In this document: positions 26,797 to 36,287 of the stretch, piece after piece | Layout of the letters: each line of letters opens with the position of its first letter | Numbering within the stretch: the first letter of the stretch is position 1 | NCBI GenBank assembly: GCA_964521095.1 | Contig: CAZFPJ010000002.1 | Span: 85,108-149,107, forward strand | Length of the DNA: 64,000 nt | Direction: 5' to 3' | Origin: an uncultured Candidatus Saccharibacteria bacterium | GTDB lineage: Bacteria; Patescibacteriota; Saccharimonadia; Saccharimonadales; 2-12-FULL-41-12 | Made by a program: the position numbers and the translations under genes | The notes under the pieces: generated by a model | The model's input: the letters and a program-made list of their open reading frames with translations, nothing else | What the model was told of the DNA's origin: nothing | The model's database searches: none

Positions 26797-27246
26797 ATGC
26801 GCAAACAATACCATCATGAAAAAATGGAAAAACTTACTAACGGCTTAACCGCTGTCGAGCAGCAGGTGTCTGCGCAGATTCTTAATGCTCTAAACGATCG
26901 TACTTCGGGCCATGATAGCGAGCTGCTACTTGGGAGTGCTAGAACAGAAGAAGGACATATGGTTAGTGTAAGTATTTTAGAGGGTCCACAGAACCAACAG
27001 CCGTATTTTTGTGCAACAAGAGAATTGCCAGAGGACAAGCAAGGTAGAGTAGAGCGATACGAGTATTATTGGGGAGAAGGCTATTGGGGTAAAAAGCCAG
27101 AAGCTGTGCACTCGATTGTCGATAAGGGCCACCTGCACTTAAGTTATCCACACGAAGACGATCTGTACGGATCATTCGAGATGGTTGAGGTAGACTTTCG
27201 TGATGCCGAAAAAATAGTGTTGGACTACAATCAAGCATTAAGTTAG
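26797..27246 (+). CDS. hypothetical protein
   Basis: 149-aa ORF between dnaK and dnaJ. No motif recognised. Confidence 0.5.
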   Translation: MRKQYHHEKMEKLTNGLTAVEQQVSAQILNALNDRTSGHDSELLLGSARTEEGHMVSVSILEGPQNQQPYFCATRELPEDKQGRVERYEYYWGEGYWGKKPEAVHSIVDKGHLHLSYPHEDDLYGSFEMVEVDFRDAEKIVLDYNQALS

Positions 27247-27260
27247 GTAAAGAACGGAAT

Positions 27261-28376
27261 ATGAGTAAACGAGATTATTATGAAGTATTGGGAGTTGGCA
27301 AAGACGCAAGTGCCGACGAGATTAAAAAGGCTTACAGGCGCTTGGCGGTCAAGCACCATCCAGACCAAGGTGGTGACGAGGAAAAGTTCAAAGAACTCAA
27401 CGAAGCTCACGAAGTCCTAAAAGACCAACAAAAACGCCAACGCTACGACCAATTTGGTCATGCAGGCGTCGGTGGAGCTAGCGGAAACGGTGCGGGCGGT
27501 AACCCATTTGCTGGGTTCGGTGGTTTTGGTGGCCAGGGTCAAGAAATGCATTTTGACTTTGGAGACGGTGGCCTGGGTGACTTGTTTGGTAGTTTTTTTG
27601 GTGGTCAGGCTGGTGGTGGCCAAAGGGGGCGCCAGGCTCGTGGCAATGATGTCGAAACTAGTATAGACTTGAGTTTTGAAGAAGCAGTTTTTGGTATCGA
27701 AAAAGAGTTAAAGCTGAACCTAAACGATACATGTAGTCATTGCAAAGGGTCCACTGCAGAGCCGGGGCACGAACTCAAAACCTGTGATACCTGCAAAGGC
27801 GCTGGCCAAGTTGTCCAAGAAATGCGAACAGTTTTTGGCAACATACAACAAGCTACGACATGCCCAACCTGCAAAGGCGCTGGTAAAGTACCAGAAAAGG
27901 TTTGCACGGTTTGTCATGGCAAAGGCGTAGAAAAGAAGAGTCAGAGCATAAAACTCAAGATCCCTGCTGGAATTGACGATGGTGCAACCGTGCGACTCCG
28001 CGAGAGAGGCGAGGCAATTGCCAACGGCCCCAAGGGTGATCTGTATGTCAATATTCGCGTTAAAGCTCACAAGCATTTTACTCGCGAGGGTGAGCTAATA
28101 CTGAGCGACGAACATGTGTCTATGGTAGATGCCGCACTGGGCACAGAAATAGAGGTTGATACAGTCGATGGCTCGGTAAAAATGAAGGTGCCTGCTGGCA
28201 CTCAGAGTGGCACGGACTTTAAGCTAAGCGGTCACGGCGTGCCAAAGCTTCGAGGTTCGGGGCGGGGCGCACATATAGTAACTATTGTCGTAGACACGCC
28301 AACTAAACTTTCCAAAGAGCAGATTAGCGTTTTAGAGCAGTTCAAATCTGCTCGCAAAAAACGCTTCGGCATCTAG
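27261..28376 (+). CDS. dnaJ: co-chaperone DnaJ (Hsp40)
   Basis: J domain with HPD, a G/F-rich linker, and four CxxCxGxG zinc-finger repeats. Confidence 0.97.
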   Translation: MSKRDYYEVLGVGKDASADEIKKAYRRLAVKHHPDQGGDEEKFKELNEAHEVLKDQQKRQRYDQFGHAGVGGASGNGAGGNPFAGFGGFGGQGQEMHFDFGDGGLGDLFGSFFGGQAGGGQRGRQARGNDVETSIDLSFEEAVFGIEKELKLNLNDTCSHCKGSTAEPGHELKTCDTCKGAGQVVQEMRTVFGNIQQATTCPTCKGAGKVPEKVCTVCHGKGVEKKSQSIKLKIPAGIDDGATVRLRERGEAIANGPKGDLYVNIRVKAHKHFTREGELILSDEHVSMVDAALGTEIEVDTVDGSVKMKVPAGTQSGTDFKLSGHGVPKLRGSGRGAHIVTIVVDTPTKLSKEQISVLEQFKSARKKRFGI

Positions 28377-28458
28377 AGACATTGTTCTGCTTTGCCTATT
28401 GAGTAATTAGCTATAATAATACTTTCTTTTCAAGTTAGAGCTTCGTATAATATTGCTA

Positions 28459-28575
28459 ATGATTAAGAACAAAAATGAACGCGGGTTTTTTACTATGATC
28501 GTTACTCTCATAGCTATTTTAGTAGCAGTTGTTGTATTCGCTTACTTGCGGGTTAAAACTCATCAACAGGGGTGA
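28459..28575 (+). CDS. candidate small single-pass membrane protein (38 aa), not in the ORF track
   Basis: ATG at 28459, TGA at 28573-28575. Translation MIKNKNERGFFTMIVTLIAILVAVVVFAYLRVKTHQQG has one clear hydrophobic helix. Confidence 0.3.
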   Translation: MIKNKNERGFFTMIVTLIAILVAVVVFAYLRVKTHQQG

Positions 28576-28615
28576 ACTATTGACTAAAGCTGTCTATTTT
28601 GCTATAATATAAAGA

Positions 28616-29035
28616 GTGTCGTCTCAAGTCAAAAAGCCAAAAACTATAGGAGCCGTTATTTCAGCGGTTTTTTCTGACTTTAGTGACCAAGCAGTATTGG
28701 TCAAAATAGATACTGGCGCTTATACGGGTGCTTTGCACTACTCTAAGCTTAAAGAAAAACCAGGCAAAGACGGTAGTAGAGTTTTAGAATTTGCTCCGCT
28801 AGGCGGAACAAAAACCTACATAGTTGAAGAGTTCGCTGTTCGCTATGTTAAGAGCAGTAATGGTACCAGAGAAAAAAGATACTTTATCGACACGCAAGTC
28901 ACAGTAGAGGGCAAATCGTACCCGATTGTTTTAAGTCTTGCGAACCGAGGAGACATGAAGTTCCCTGTACTAATTGGTCGGAGATTTTTAAAACAAAACA
29001 ATTTTGTTGTTGATGTAAACAAAAAGCAACCGTAA
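28616..29035 (+). CDS. RimK-associated retropepsin-like protease domain protein (COG4067 / 'ATP-dependent zinc protease' family)
   Basis: 139 aa with KIDTGAYTGALH (a DTG-type motif) and C-terminal VLIGRRFL. Directly upstream of rimK. GTG start. Confidence 0.6.
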   Translation: MSSQVKKPKTIGAVISAVFSDFSDQAVLVKIDTGAYTGALHYSKLKEKPGKDGSRVLEFAPLGGTKTYIVEEFAVRYVKSSNGTREKRYFIDTQVTVEGKSYPIVLSLANRGDMKFPVLIGRRFLKQNNFVVDVNKKQP

Positions 29036-29052
29036 CATTAGAAAGTAAAATT

Positions 29053-29955
29053 ATGAAGATAGCTATTTTATCTAAAGGTGCAGACAACTATTCTACCAAA
29101 CGACTGGTTGAAGAGGCCGAGGCTCGTGGACACGAGGTTACGGTAGTTAATTATGCAAAATGTTATGTAACCATAGAGCAAAACAACCCTGTTGTGCGAT
29201 ACCAAGGTGAGTCGCTGGGGTCTTTTGATGCTATCATCCCTCGTATATCGATGTCTCTTACTAAGTATGGTACATCTATTGTTCGTCAGTTTGAGTCGCA
29301 GGGGGTGTTTACTACTGCTAGTTCAATTGCTGTTGTGCGGTCTCGCGATAAATTGCGGAGCATTCAGCTTTTAGCGCGTACGGGTGTAGGTATACCAAAG
29401 ACTGTTTTTGCCCATGAGAGTGCAGATGTTGATGATGTCATCAGCGAGGCAGGAGGGACGCCACTAATAATCAAGGTAGCCAGAGGTACTCATGGCAAAG
29501 GGGTGGTCCTGGCAGAGACCAAGAAAGCGGCACAGGCCGTAATGCAAGCTTTTTATGTAGAGGGCGTAAACTTTTTGGTGCAAGAATTCATTAAAGAATC
29601 GGCAGGGGAAGATATCCGAGCAGTTGTTGTTGGTGGTAAAGTTGTCGCTAGCATGAAGCGACAGAGCTTAGATGATGATTTTAGGTCCAACTTACATCAA
29701 GGTGGCAAGGGTGAGACTGTAAAATTAACCCTAGAAGAGCGCAAAACTGTCCAGAAAGCAGCCAAAGCTATCGGCTTATCTATCTGTGGTGTGGATATAA
29801 TCCGCTCCGCTCGTGGTCCATTAGTTTTAGAAGTAAATGCCAGTCCCGGGTTTAGGATAGAGCAGGTTACAGGACGCAATGTTGCTGTTAAAATCATAGA
29901 GTATGTCGAGCAAAATTCTAAAGGCAAGCGTAAAAAAGATAAGGTTGGTGCCTAG
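29053..29955 (+). CDS. rimK: ATP-grasp ribosomal protein S6 glutamate ligase RimK
   Basis: 300 aa. MKIAILS..STKRL..EA..RGHEV N-terminus and ATP-grasp core (IIKVARGTHGKGV, EVNASPG). Confidence 0.85.
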   Translation: MKIAILSKGADNYSTKRLVEEAEARGHEVTVVNYAKCYVTIEQNNPVVRYQGESLGSFDAIIPRISMSLTKYGTSIVRQFESQGVFTTASSIAVVRSRDKLRSIQLLARTGVGIPKTVFAHESADVDDVISEAGGTPLIIKVARGTHGKGVVLAETKKAAQAVMQAFYVEGVNFLVQEFIKESAGEDIRAVVVGGKVVASMKRQSLDDDFRSNLHQGGKGETVKLTLEERKTVQKAAKAIGLSICGVDIIRSARGPLVLEVNASPGFRIEQVTGRNVAVKIIEYVEQNSKGKRKKDKVGA

Positions 29956-30391
29956 GTTCCGCTATTCGCGCAGTCTGTATGTTGCGCTGATCGGGGTTGT
30001 GTTATTAATTTTTGTTTTGGTGGTTTTCTTTTTTGAGTACCCTAGCAAGGAAATTGTAAATTTTGGGTCTAAAAAAATAATTATCGAGAGGGCTAGCACA
30101 AAGGCCGAGAGGCAATTAGGCTTGTCTGGTAGGGAGAGACTAGGCGAGGACGCAGGGTTGCTATTTGTTTTTGACTACTCTGGCCAATATTGTTTTTGGA
30201 TGAAGGACATGAATTTTTCGATAGATATTTTGTGGCTAGACGACAAAAAGAAGGTTGTAGATATGGTTAGCTCTGTTTCGCCAGAATCGTACCCAGACAC
30301 TTTTTGTCCAAAAGTGCCAGCTAGCTATGTGCTAGAAGTAAATGCTGGTCAGGCTAAACAACATGGTGTAGCTATTGGGACGCAACTTTAG
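29903..30391 (+). CDS. DUF192 domain protein with N-terminal TM
   Basis: RQLGLSGRERLGEDAGLLFVF...FWMKDMNFSIDILWLD is typical of DUF192. The start is uncertain: the track ATG overlaps rimK by 53 nt, and GTG 29947 is an alternative. Confidence 0.65.
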   Translation: MSSKILKASVKKIRLVPRFRYSRSLYVALIGVVLLIFVLVVFFFEYPSKEIVNFGSKKIIIERASTKAERQLGLSGRERLGEDAGLLFVFDYSGQYCFWMKDMNFSIDILWLDDKKKVVDMVSSVSPESYPDTFCPKVPASYVLEVNAGQAKQHGVAIGTQL

Positions 30392-30415
30392 TAGTTCTTA
30401 TGGTAAAATTACCTA

Positions 30416-30892
30416 ATGAATGAAGTATTGCTATTGGCCGGCATTTTAGTAGCTGTTTGGGCTGTGCTTTTGTTCTTTCGAGCTCCCTCAATTGTTATAT
30501 TTTTGAGCCTTCTTGTTGGTCAAATACTTGCGAGCCAAGTTAGCGAACCTCTGCAGGAGTTAATGGGCTCGTATGTTCAGATTCCTGACATTAAATATTT
30601 ACAGCTTGCTTTATTGCTGGTTCCTGTAGTTTTGAGCTTGGTCTTTTTGCGGTTTAAGGTTGTTAAGTCCAAGGTGTTTGTAGAAGCTATATCGTACTTG
30701 TTTGTTGTGGCGACGGGGCTATTGTTTGCTTCTGATTATTTGTTTGCACTGCAACAAAATATACAGACCGCAGAGGCACAATATGGTGAGTATAGGGCGG
30801 TAATATTGGCTGTTACGAGTGTACTGACGCTTATAAATGCTTGGCTAACTTACCCCAGAACAAAGGGTAAAAAGAAGCATTCTAAGCACTAA
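30416..30892 (+). CDS. hypothetical membrane protein (about 4 TM)
   Basis: 158-aa hydrophobic ORF. Confidence 0.55.
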   Translation: MNEVLLLAGILVAVWAVLLFFRAPSIVIFLSLLVGQILASQVSEPLQELMGSYVQIPDIKYLQLALLLVPVVLSLVFLRFKVVKSKVFVEAISYLFVVATGLLFASDYLFALQQNIQTAEAQYGEYRAVILAVTSVLTLINAWLTYPRTKGKKKHSKH

Positions 30893-31356
30893 ACAACAGG
30901 TGGTTTTGGCCCTTCAATAGGTGTAGGGGTCTCTGCTGTGGGTTCGGGTGATACTTCAACGATAGGAGATGGTGTTGTAGCTTGAGGTGCTTCGGCAGGT
31001 ATTGCAGGTGTGGCAGGGGCTACTGCAGGTTGTTGCATGGTTGGGCTAGCAGACTCTGCATCGATAGCATCGTTTAGGCCAATTTGTGCAACAATCATTC
31101 CACCAATTCCAGTAAGAATCCAAAGCAAGAAAACCAATATTCCTGACATTTTTCCTTTAGAAACGGTCTCTACGCCCATGGAGTAGCGATATAGCCAATA
31201 GTAATTGGCAAACGGTATAAAGTACAGGATGAAGTGAGGGATATTAGCGCCTTTTGTGCGCATTTCTTTTGCCGTTAAGTAAGCCCAGAATATAGAGTAT
31301 ATACCTAGAGTAAATATTGTTAACAAGATTACTGCTGCTAGATTTCGTTTTTTCAT
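30889..31356 (-). CDS. membrane protein (DUF4234-like) with Pro/Ala/Thr-rich C-terminal tail
   Basis: 155 aa. LGIYSIFWAYL motif, 3-4 TM, tail PAVAPATPAIPAEAPQATTPSP. Confidence 0.5.
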   Translation of the reverse strand: MKKRNLAAVILLTIFTLGIYSIFWAYLTAKEMRTKGANIPHFILYFIPFANYYWLYRYSMGVETVSKGKMSGILVFLLWILTGIGGMIVAQIGLNDAIDAESASPTMQQPAVAPATPAIPAEAPQATTPSPIVEVSPEPTAETPTPIEGPKPPVV

Positions 31357-31430
31357 AATTCTCCTTAGTGTTATCTGGCATAAGCATAATATGAATTTTG
31401 CTATAATGCTAGTTAATTAATCCTTGCGGA

Positions 31431-31458
31431 TTGACTTTTTGCCAAAAATGTCGATAAT
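31431..31458 (+). promoter_or_regulatory. candidate promoter for tRNA-Lys(UUU)
   Basis: TTGACT (31431-31436), 16-nt spacer, GATAAT (31453-31458), ~95 nt upstream of the tRNA. Confidence 0.4.
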
Positions 31459-31551
31459 CTAAGAAGTTAATTTGCTAATCTGGCCAAGAAAGACGATTAG
31501 CCTCTAGGCGATAGAGGACAAGGCTAGATGATGGAAATAACTAAAAGATGG

Positions 31552-31627
31552 GGGCCTGTAGCTCAGTTGGTAGAGCAGCGGCCTTTTAAGCCGCGTGTCC
31601 CGGGTTCGAGCCCCGGCGGGCCCTCCA
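31552..31627 (+). tRNA. tRNA-Lys (anticodon UUU)
   Basis: 76-nt cloverleaf: anticodon loop CTTTTAA, T-arm CCGGG-TTCGAGC-CCCGG, encoded CCA. Confidence 0.9.
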
Positions 31628-31629
31628 AT

Positions 31630-31797
31630 TTTAGTACCCCTCGCCCAAGAGGGGTTTTAAAATTGGAGAATTTATCCGAGAACCCGAGCCTGCGCTAGCA
31701 GGGGTTCGGCGTAGGCGAGCAGAGAAAAGAAAGCACCTTGGGTATTTTCTTTTCGAGTGAGCCGAAGGAGCGACCGAATGTAATGAGGGAAAGCGAT
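31630..31797 (+). mobile_element. candidate non-coding module, family 1 (includes terminator hairpin 31636-31658)
   Basis: Lies between two exact 20-nt copies of the tRNA-Lys 3' end. Homologous to 3180-3342. Contains a 9-bp stem GAAAAGAAA (31724-31732) / TTTCTTTTC (31746-31754) with loop GCACCTTGGGTAT. Confidence 0.5.
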
Positions 31798-31817
31798 GCC
31801 CCGGCGGGCCCTCCAAT
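31798..31817 (+). repeat. 20-nt exact copy of the tRNA-Lys(UUU) 3' end
   Basis: GCCCCGGCGGGCCCTCCAAT is identical to 31610-31629. Confidence 0.9.
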
Positions 31818-31822
31818 CTAAG

Positions 31823-31844
31823 AACCCACGATTGTGGGTTTTTT
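31823..31844 (+). terminator. intrinsic terminator after the repeat copy
   Basis: AACCCAC-GATT-GTGGGTT followed by TTTT. The outer bases CTCCAATC and GATTGGGAG can extend the stem. Confidence 0.65.
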
Positions 31845-31966
31845 GATTGGGAGATCTTGTAGAGATTCGAAGCTGGGACACGCAGTGTCTCGGGTGGAAT
31901 TGGATTATCTCAGTATCTCAACTCAGCCAATTCATAGACAAACCTAAGTTCTGATAAAATAGACAG

Positions 31967-33439
31967 ATGAAGCTACCGTCTGTTAATTTTAGGCGAACTA
32001 CGCTACTGCTTGCCGGATGTATTAGTTTGCTTGTTGGGCTGGCTGTGTCTCGCCTAGATCTGGTAGGTATACATATAGTCTGGATTTTGCTGTCTATGGT
32101 TTTTGTCATTGCAAGCTGGCGCAATAAAAATATCATTACGCTAATGTTTTTGGTGATATTTTGTTTTTTAGTTGGCTTGTGGAGAGGCCAGCAGTTTTTG
32201 GTTTATACCGAACAGTACAACACGCTTTTTGATCAGAAGGTAACACTAGTTGGAGTAGCAAAGAGCGACGCTATCTATGGAAAAAACGGACAGCTTTCTT
32301 TTGACATGGGGGATCTTGAACTAACCAAGCCACAGGCAGATAGCCTGGTTGGAACAATCAGTGTTAGTGGGTATGGAGAAAATACAATTTACCGAGGAGA
32401 CAAATTGCAGGTAGAGGGCAAGCTTCGCAGGACATTAGGGTCAAAGCAGGGTCGGATAAGTTTTGCTAATTTATCGATAATCAATAAGACCGCATCACCC
32501 GTGCAGAAAATTCGTAGTAAGTTTGCCTCGGGCATGTACAATGCTGTTCCAGAACCTGAAGCGTCTTTTGCGTTGGGGTTGTTGATTGGCCAGCGAGATA
32601 CTTTGCCAAAAAATACTAGTGACATATTAAAGATTGTGGGGCTAACACACATTATTGCTGTGTCTGGTTACAATTTAACTATTCTGGTCAGGGCTGCCCA
32701 ACGAGGGTTTGGAGGTCGTTCGAAGTACCAAGCAATACTGGTTGCAACAACTCTAATTTTGGCATTCCTAGCGGTTACGGGGTTAAGTGCCTCTATAGTC
32801 AGGGCCTCCATAGTTTGCTCTCTTGGGCTAACAGCCTGGTATTTTGGCAGATCTATTCGGCCAACGCTCTTAGTAGCCCTGTCGGCAGTAATTACGGCAC
32901 TATGGTATCCGATATATCTGTGGTCAGATATTGGTTGGTACTTATCGTTTTTAGCTTTTTTTGGGGTGCTGGTATTGGCTCCTTTAATTGCCCAGAGAAT
33001 ATGGAAGCCAGACAAACAAGTTTCTACAATCAATCTCTTGATAGTGGAAAGTTTTTGTGCGCAGATAATGACTATCCCAATAGTTCTATTTATATTCCAC
33101 CAAACTTCGTTAGTTGGTTTGATGGCTAATATTTTGGTTATTCCCCTAATACCGCTAGCAATGCTACTGGGTTTAATAGCCGGGATAGCTGGAGTGTTTG
33201 TGCCTGCTGTTGCCGGGTTTATAGCTTGGCCAGCAACTATCCTTCTGACTTACATATTGGATGTAGCTAGAGTTTTATCAAGAGCCCCACATGCCCAGCT
33301 GGGAGCAAGCTTGACAGTATTTGGAGTAGTATTTTTATATGGAGTTTTGCTATTTATATCGTGGGTCTTATACCATAAACTCAAGAGAGAACATGGTATA
33401 ATTAGGCAGAATAATTTTGAAGAAACGATAGGCTGGTAA
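31967..33439 (+). CDS. comEC: DNA internalization channel ComEC/Rec2 (no metallo-beta-lactamase domain)
   Basis: 490-aa polytopic protein. DUF4131-like N-terminus and competence domain (GLTHIIAVSGYNLTIL). It ends before any MBL domain. Confidence 0.8.
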   Translation: MKLPSVNFRRTTLLLAGCISLLVGLAVSRLDLVGIHIVWILLSMVFVIASWRNKNIITLMFLVIFCFLVGLWRGQQFLVYTEQYNTLFDQKVTLVGVAKSDAIYGKNGQLSFDMGDLELTKPQADSLVGTISVSGYGENTIYRGDKLQVEGKLRRTLGSKQGRISFANLSIINKTASPVQKIRSKFASGMYNAVPEPEASFALGLLIGQRDTLPKNTSDILKIVGLTHIIAVSGYNLTILVRAAQRGFGGRSKYQAILVATTLILAFLAVTGLSASIVRASIVCSLGLTAWYFGRSIRPTLLVALSAVITALWYPIYLWSDIGWYLSFLAFFGVLVLAPLIAQRIWKPDKQVSTINLLIVESFCAQIMTIPIVLFIFHQTSLVGLMANILVIPLIPLAMLLGLIAGIAGVFVPAVAGFIAWPATILLTYILDVARVLSRAPHAQLGASLTVFGVVFLYGVLLFISWVLYHKLKREHGIIRQNNFEETIGW

Positions 33440-33444
33440 TAGCG

Positions 33445-34170
33445 ATGGCTGGACACAGTAAGTGGGCGAAAATTCATAGAGGTAAAGCAATAGAAGATGC
33501 CAAACGGGGTGCTGTTTTTACGCGTCTTGGTAATGCTATAGCGATTGCGGCTAAGGGTGGCGCTGACCCAGACATGAACTTTACCTTACGCCTAGCTATC
33601 GATAAAGCCAAGGCCGCCAACATGCCAGCCAGCAATATACAAAAAGCAATTGACCGCGGAAGCGGCAAGCTGGGCGGTGAGCAGATTCAAGAAATAATGT
33701 ACGAAGGTTATGGCCCGGGCGGAGTCGCTATATTGGTAGAATGTGCTACGGATAACATTAATCGCACTTATCCAGATGTTAGATTAGCTTTCTCGAAGCA
33801 TGGTGGCAATATTGCCGAAAAAGGTAGTGTTGCTTTTCAGTTTGACCGAAAGGGTGTAATCCAGATTAAAGGTACTAGCGAAGACTTGCTCTTGCAGGCT
33901 TTAGACGCTGGCGCAGAAGATGTTGAAGAAGATGGAGAAGAAACAACAATCTATACCGATGCCAAAAAGCTGGCTGAAGTAAGGGATGCTTTGAAAGATC
34001 AGAACATCGAAATTATTGAAGCTGAGCTGAGCCATATTCCGCAAAATACAGTTGAAATTACCGATGCGTCTACGGCTGGCAAAATCGAACGGCTCATGGA
34101 CGCGCTAGAAGAGCTAGATGATGTCTCTGATACACATGTAAATTTTGATATATCCGACAACCTTTCATGA
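33445..34170 (+). CDS. yebC: YebC/PmpR family DNA-binding regulator
   Basis: MAGHSKWAKIHRGKA..DAKRG N-terminus, conserved throughout. Upstream of ruvC. Confidence 0.95.
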   Translation: MAGHSKWAKIHRGKAIEDAKRGAVFTRLGNAIAIAAKGGADPDMNFTLRLAIDKAKAANMPASNIQKAIDRGSGKLGGEQIQEIMYEGYGPGGVAILVECATDNINRTYPDVRLAFSKHGGNIAEKGSVAFQFDRKGVIQIKGTSEDLLLQALDAGAEDVEEDGEETTIYTDAKKLAEVRDALKDQNIEIIEAELSHIPQNTVEITDASTAGKIERLMDALEELDDVSDTHVNFDISDNLS

Positions 34171-34646
34171 GGATTATAGGGATCGACCCGGGCACAGGAA
34201 TCTTGGGGTTTGGTGTGATTGATATTAATCAAAAAGGTAAGTGCGTCTTGGTTGACGGAGGAGTGATTCGGACTCCAGTTAAGCAGGCGGACAGTAAACG
34301 ACTACTAACAATTTATGAAGAATTAAGCGAGATAATATCTACGCATAAACCTGACATTATGTCGGTGGAAAAACTATTTTTTGCCCAAAATGTTACGACC
34401 GCTATGAGTGTGGCCCAGGCTCGTGGGGTGGTGCTTTTGTGCGGAGAGCAAAATAATTTAGAATTATTTGAGTATACACCATTGCAAATAAAGCAAGCCA
34501 TAACTGGCTATGGTAAGGCAGATAAAAAGCAGATACAAGAGATGGTCAAAGTTATCCTTGGTTTGCAGGAGATACCCAAGCCAGATGATTGCGCCGATGC
34601 GCTAGCTACGGCTATTTGTCATGCTAATTCTGCAAGGTTTGCTTGA
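34167..34646 (+). CDS. ruvC: Holliday junction resolvase RuvC
   Basis: MRIIGIDPGT.., EKLFFAQN, DAADALA motifs. 4-nt overlap with yebC. Confidence 0.93.
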   Translation: MRIIGIDPGTGILGFGVIDINQKGKCVLVDGGVIRTPVKQADSKRLLTIYEELSEIISTHKPDIMSVEKLFFAQNVTTAMSVAQARGVVLLCGEQNNLELFEYTPLQIKQAITGYGKADKKQIQEMVKVILGLQEIPKPDDCADALATAICHANSARFA

Positions 34647-34702
34647 GATCTAAAAGACCTACTCAAACAATAATCGCAAGATTCCTATATAATAGAGTTT
34701 AG

Positions 34703-35278
34703 ATGATTGCATATTTAGAGGGGATAGTAAAAAACAATAGCTCCAATCCGGTAGTTTTGGATGTAAATGGTGTTGGTTATGGGATATTTATATCGATTGA
34801 AGATAGATCAAAAATCAAAAGCGACACGAACCAGAAGTTTTTTATATACGAACACATTAGGGAACAAAGTCATGATTTGTTTGGCTTTATTTCAGAGGCG
34901 GACAAGCATTTCTTTGAAAAACTATTGGGCGTTAATGGCGTAGGGCCAAAGATGGCGTTAAACATGCTGAGTGTTGGATCTGTCTCGGAATTACGATCTG
35001 CAATTGCGGGAGGAGATGTTAAGTTTATCCAACAAACCTCTGGTGTCGGAAAACGCTTGGCGGAGAGAGTCATAATAGACCTTAAAGATAAAGTTGGTTT
35101 AGCTAGTGATGTATCTGCAGGTGACATGTTAGATTCTGGTTATAGTGGAAGTGACGAGGCTGTATCTGCGCTGGTGGCCCTTGGTTTTTCTGATCAAAAC
35201 GCTAAAAAGGCTTTGTCCCAGGTGAGTAAAGACCTATCCGTAGAAGACAGAGTAAAACAAGCATTGAGGGCTTTATAG
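34703..35278 (+). CDS. ruvA: Holliday junction branch migration protein RuvA
   Basis: MIAYLEG N-terminus, HhH motifs (GVNGVGPKMAL, GVGKRLAERV). Upstream of ruvB. Confidence 0.93.
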   Translation: MIAYLEGIVKNNSSNPVVLDVNGVGYGIFISIEDRSKIKSDTNQKFFIYEHIREQSHDLFGFISEADKHFFEKLLGVNGVGPKMALNMLSVGSVSELRSAIAGGDVKFIQQTSGVGKRLAERVIIDLKDKVGLASDVSAGDMLDSGYSGSDEAVSALVALGFSDQNAKKALSQVSKDLSVEDRVKQALRAL

Positions 35279-35281
35279 AAT

Positions 35282-36280
35282 ATGGCAATCGAACGAATTA
35301 CTCAACCAGAGCCAGACGAAGTAGAGATAAAAGAAGAAGTAACTTTGAGGCCAAAAGATTTTAAATCTTATGTTGGCCAAGAGAGACTTAAAAAAAATGT
35401 ACAGCTAGCCATAGATGCTGCCAAGAAACGGGGTGAGCCTATTGATCATGTGTTGCTGTACGGACCTCCAGGGCTTGGTAAGACGACCATGGCTCATGTT
35501 ATCGCTAATGAGATGGGATCGAGCTTGCGAGTAACTTCTGGCCCAGCTATAGAAAAATCGGGTGATTTAGCTAGCATGCTGACAAACCTTCAGGACGGCG
35601 ACATCCTATTTATAGATGAAATACACAGACTGAACAGGTCAATCGAGGAAATTTTGTATTCCGCCATGGAAGATTTTAAGCTAGATATTATGATTGGCAA
35701 GGGGCCTAGCGCAAAGAGTCTTCGGCTTGATTTGCCGAAGTTTACAATTATTGGGGCAACAACGCGTACTGGTTCGTTGGCGGCACCTCTGCGAGATAGG
35801 TTTGGTTTACAGCATCGCTTAGAATTTTATAATGAAGACGAGGTAACGCAGATTATCAAGAGAGCCTCACAGATACTAGGTGTAGATATTGACGACCCTG
35901 CGGCCCAGCACCTAGCTAAGCGATCACGATTGACACCTCGAATTGCTAATAGGCTCCTCAAGAGAGTTCGAGATTATGCAGATGTGAATGGAGACGGAAT
36001 AATTGATGCTCCTACTAGTCAAAAAGCCATGGAACTGCTTGAGATTGATGAGCTTGGCTTGGATCCTGCCGATAGGAAAATTATTGAGACTATTATAAAC
36101 AACTATCAACGACGACCAGTCGGACTAGACACGATTGCAGCACTGACTGGTGATGAGAAGATAACCATAGAAGATTTCTTTGAGCCTTATCTAATGCAGA
36201 TAGGGCTTCTGGAGCGAACACCAAGAGGCAGAAAAGTCACCACTAAGGCTTATAAGCATCTAGGCAGAACTATAGAGTAG
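35282..36280 (+). CDS. ruvB: Holliday junction helicase RuvB
   Basis: [39 protein letters not shown]. Confidence 0.97.
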   Translation: MAIERITQPEPDEVEIKEEVTLRPKDFKSYVGQERLKKNVQLAIDAAKKRGEPIDHVLLYGPPGLGKTTMAHVIANEMGSSLRVTSGPAIEKSGDLASMLTNLQDGDILFIDEIHRLNRSIEEILYSAMEDFKLDIMIGKGPSAKSLRLDLPKFTIIGATTRTGSLAAPLRDRFGLQHRLEFYNEDEVTQIIKRASQILGVDIDDPAAQHLAKRSRLTPRIANRLLKRVRDYADVNGDGIIDAPTSQKAMELLEIDELGLDPADRKIIETIINNYQRRPVGLDTIAALTGDEKITIEDFFEPYLMQIGLLERTPRGRKVTTKAYKHLGRTIE

Positions 36281-36287
36281 GTAATAT

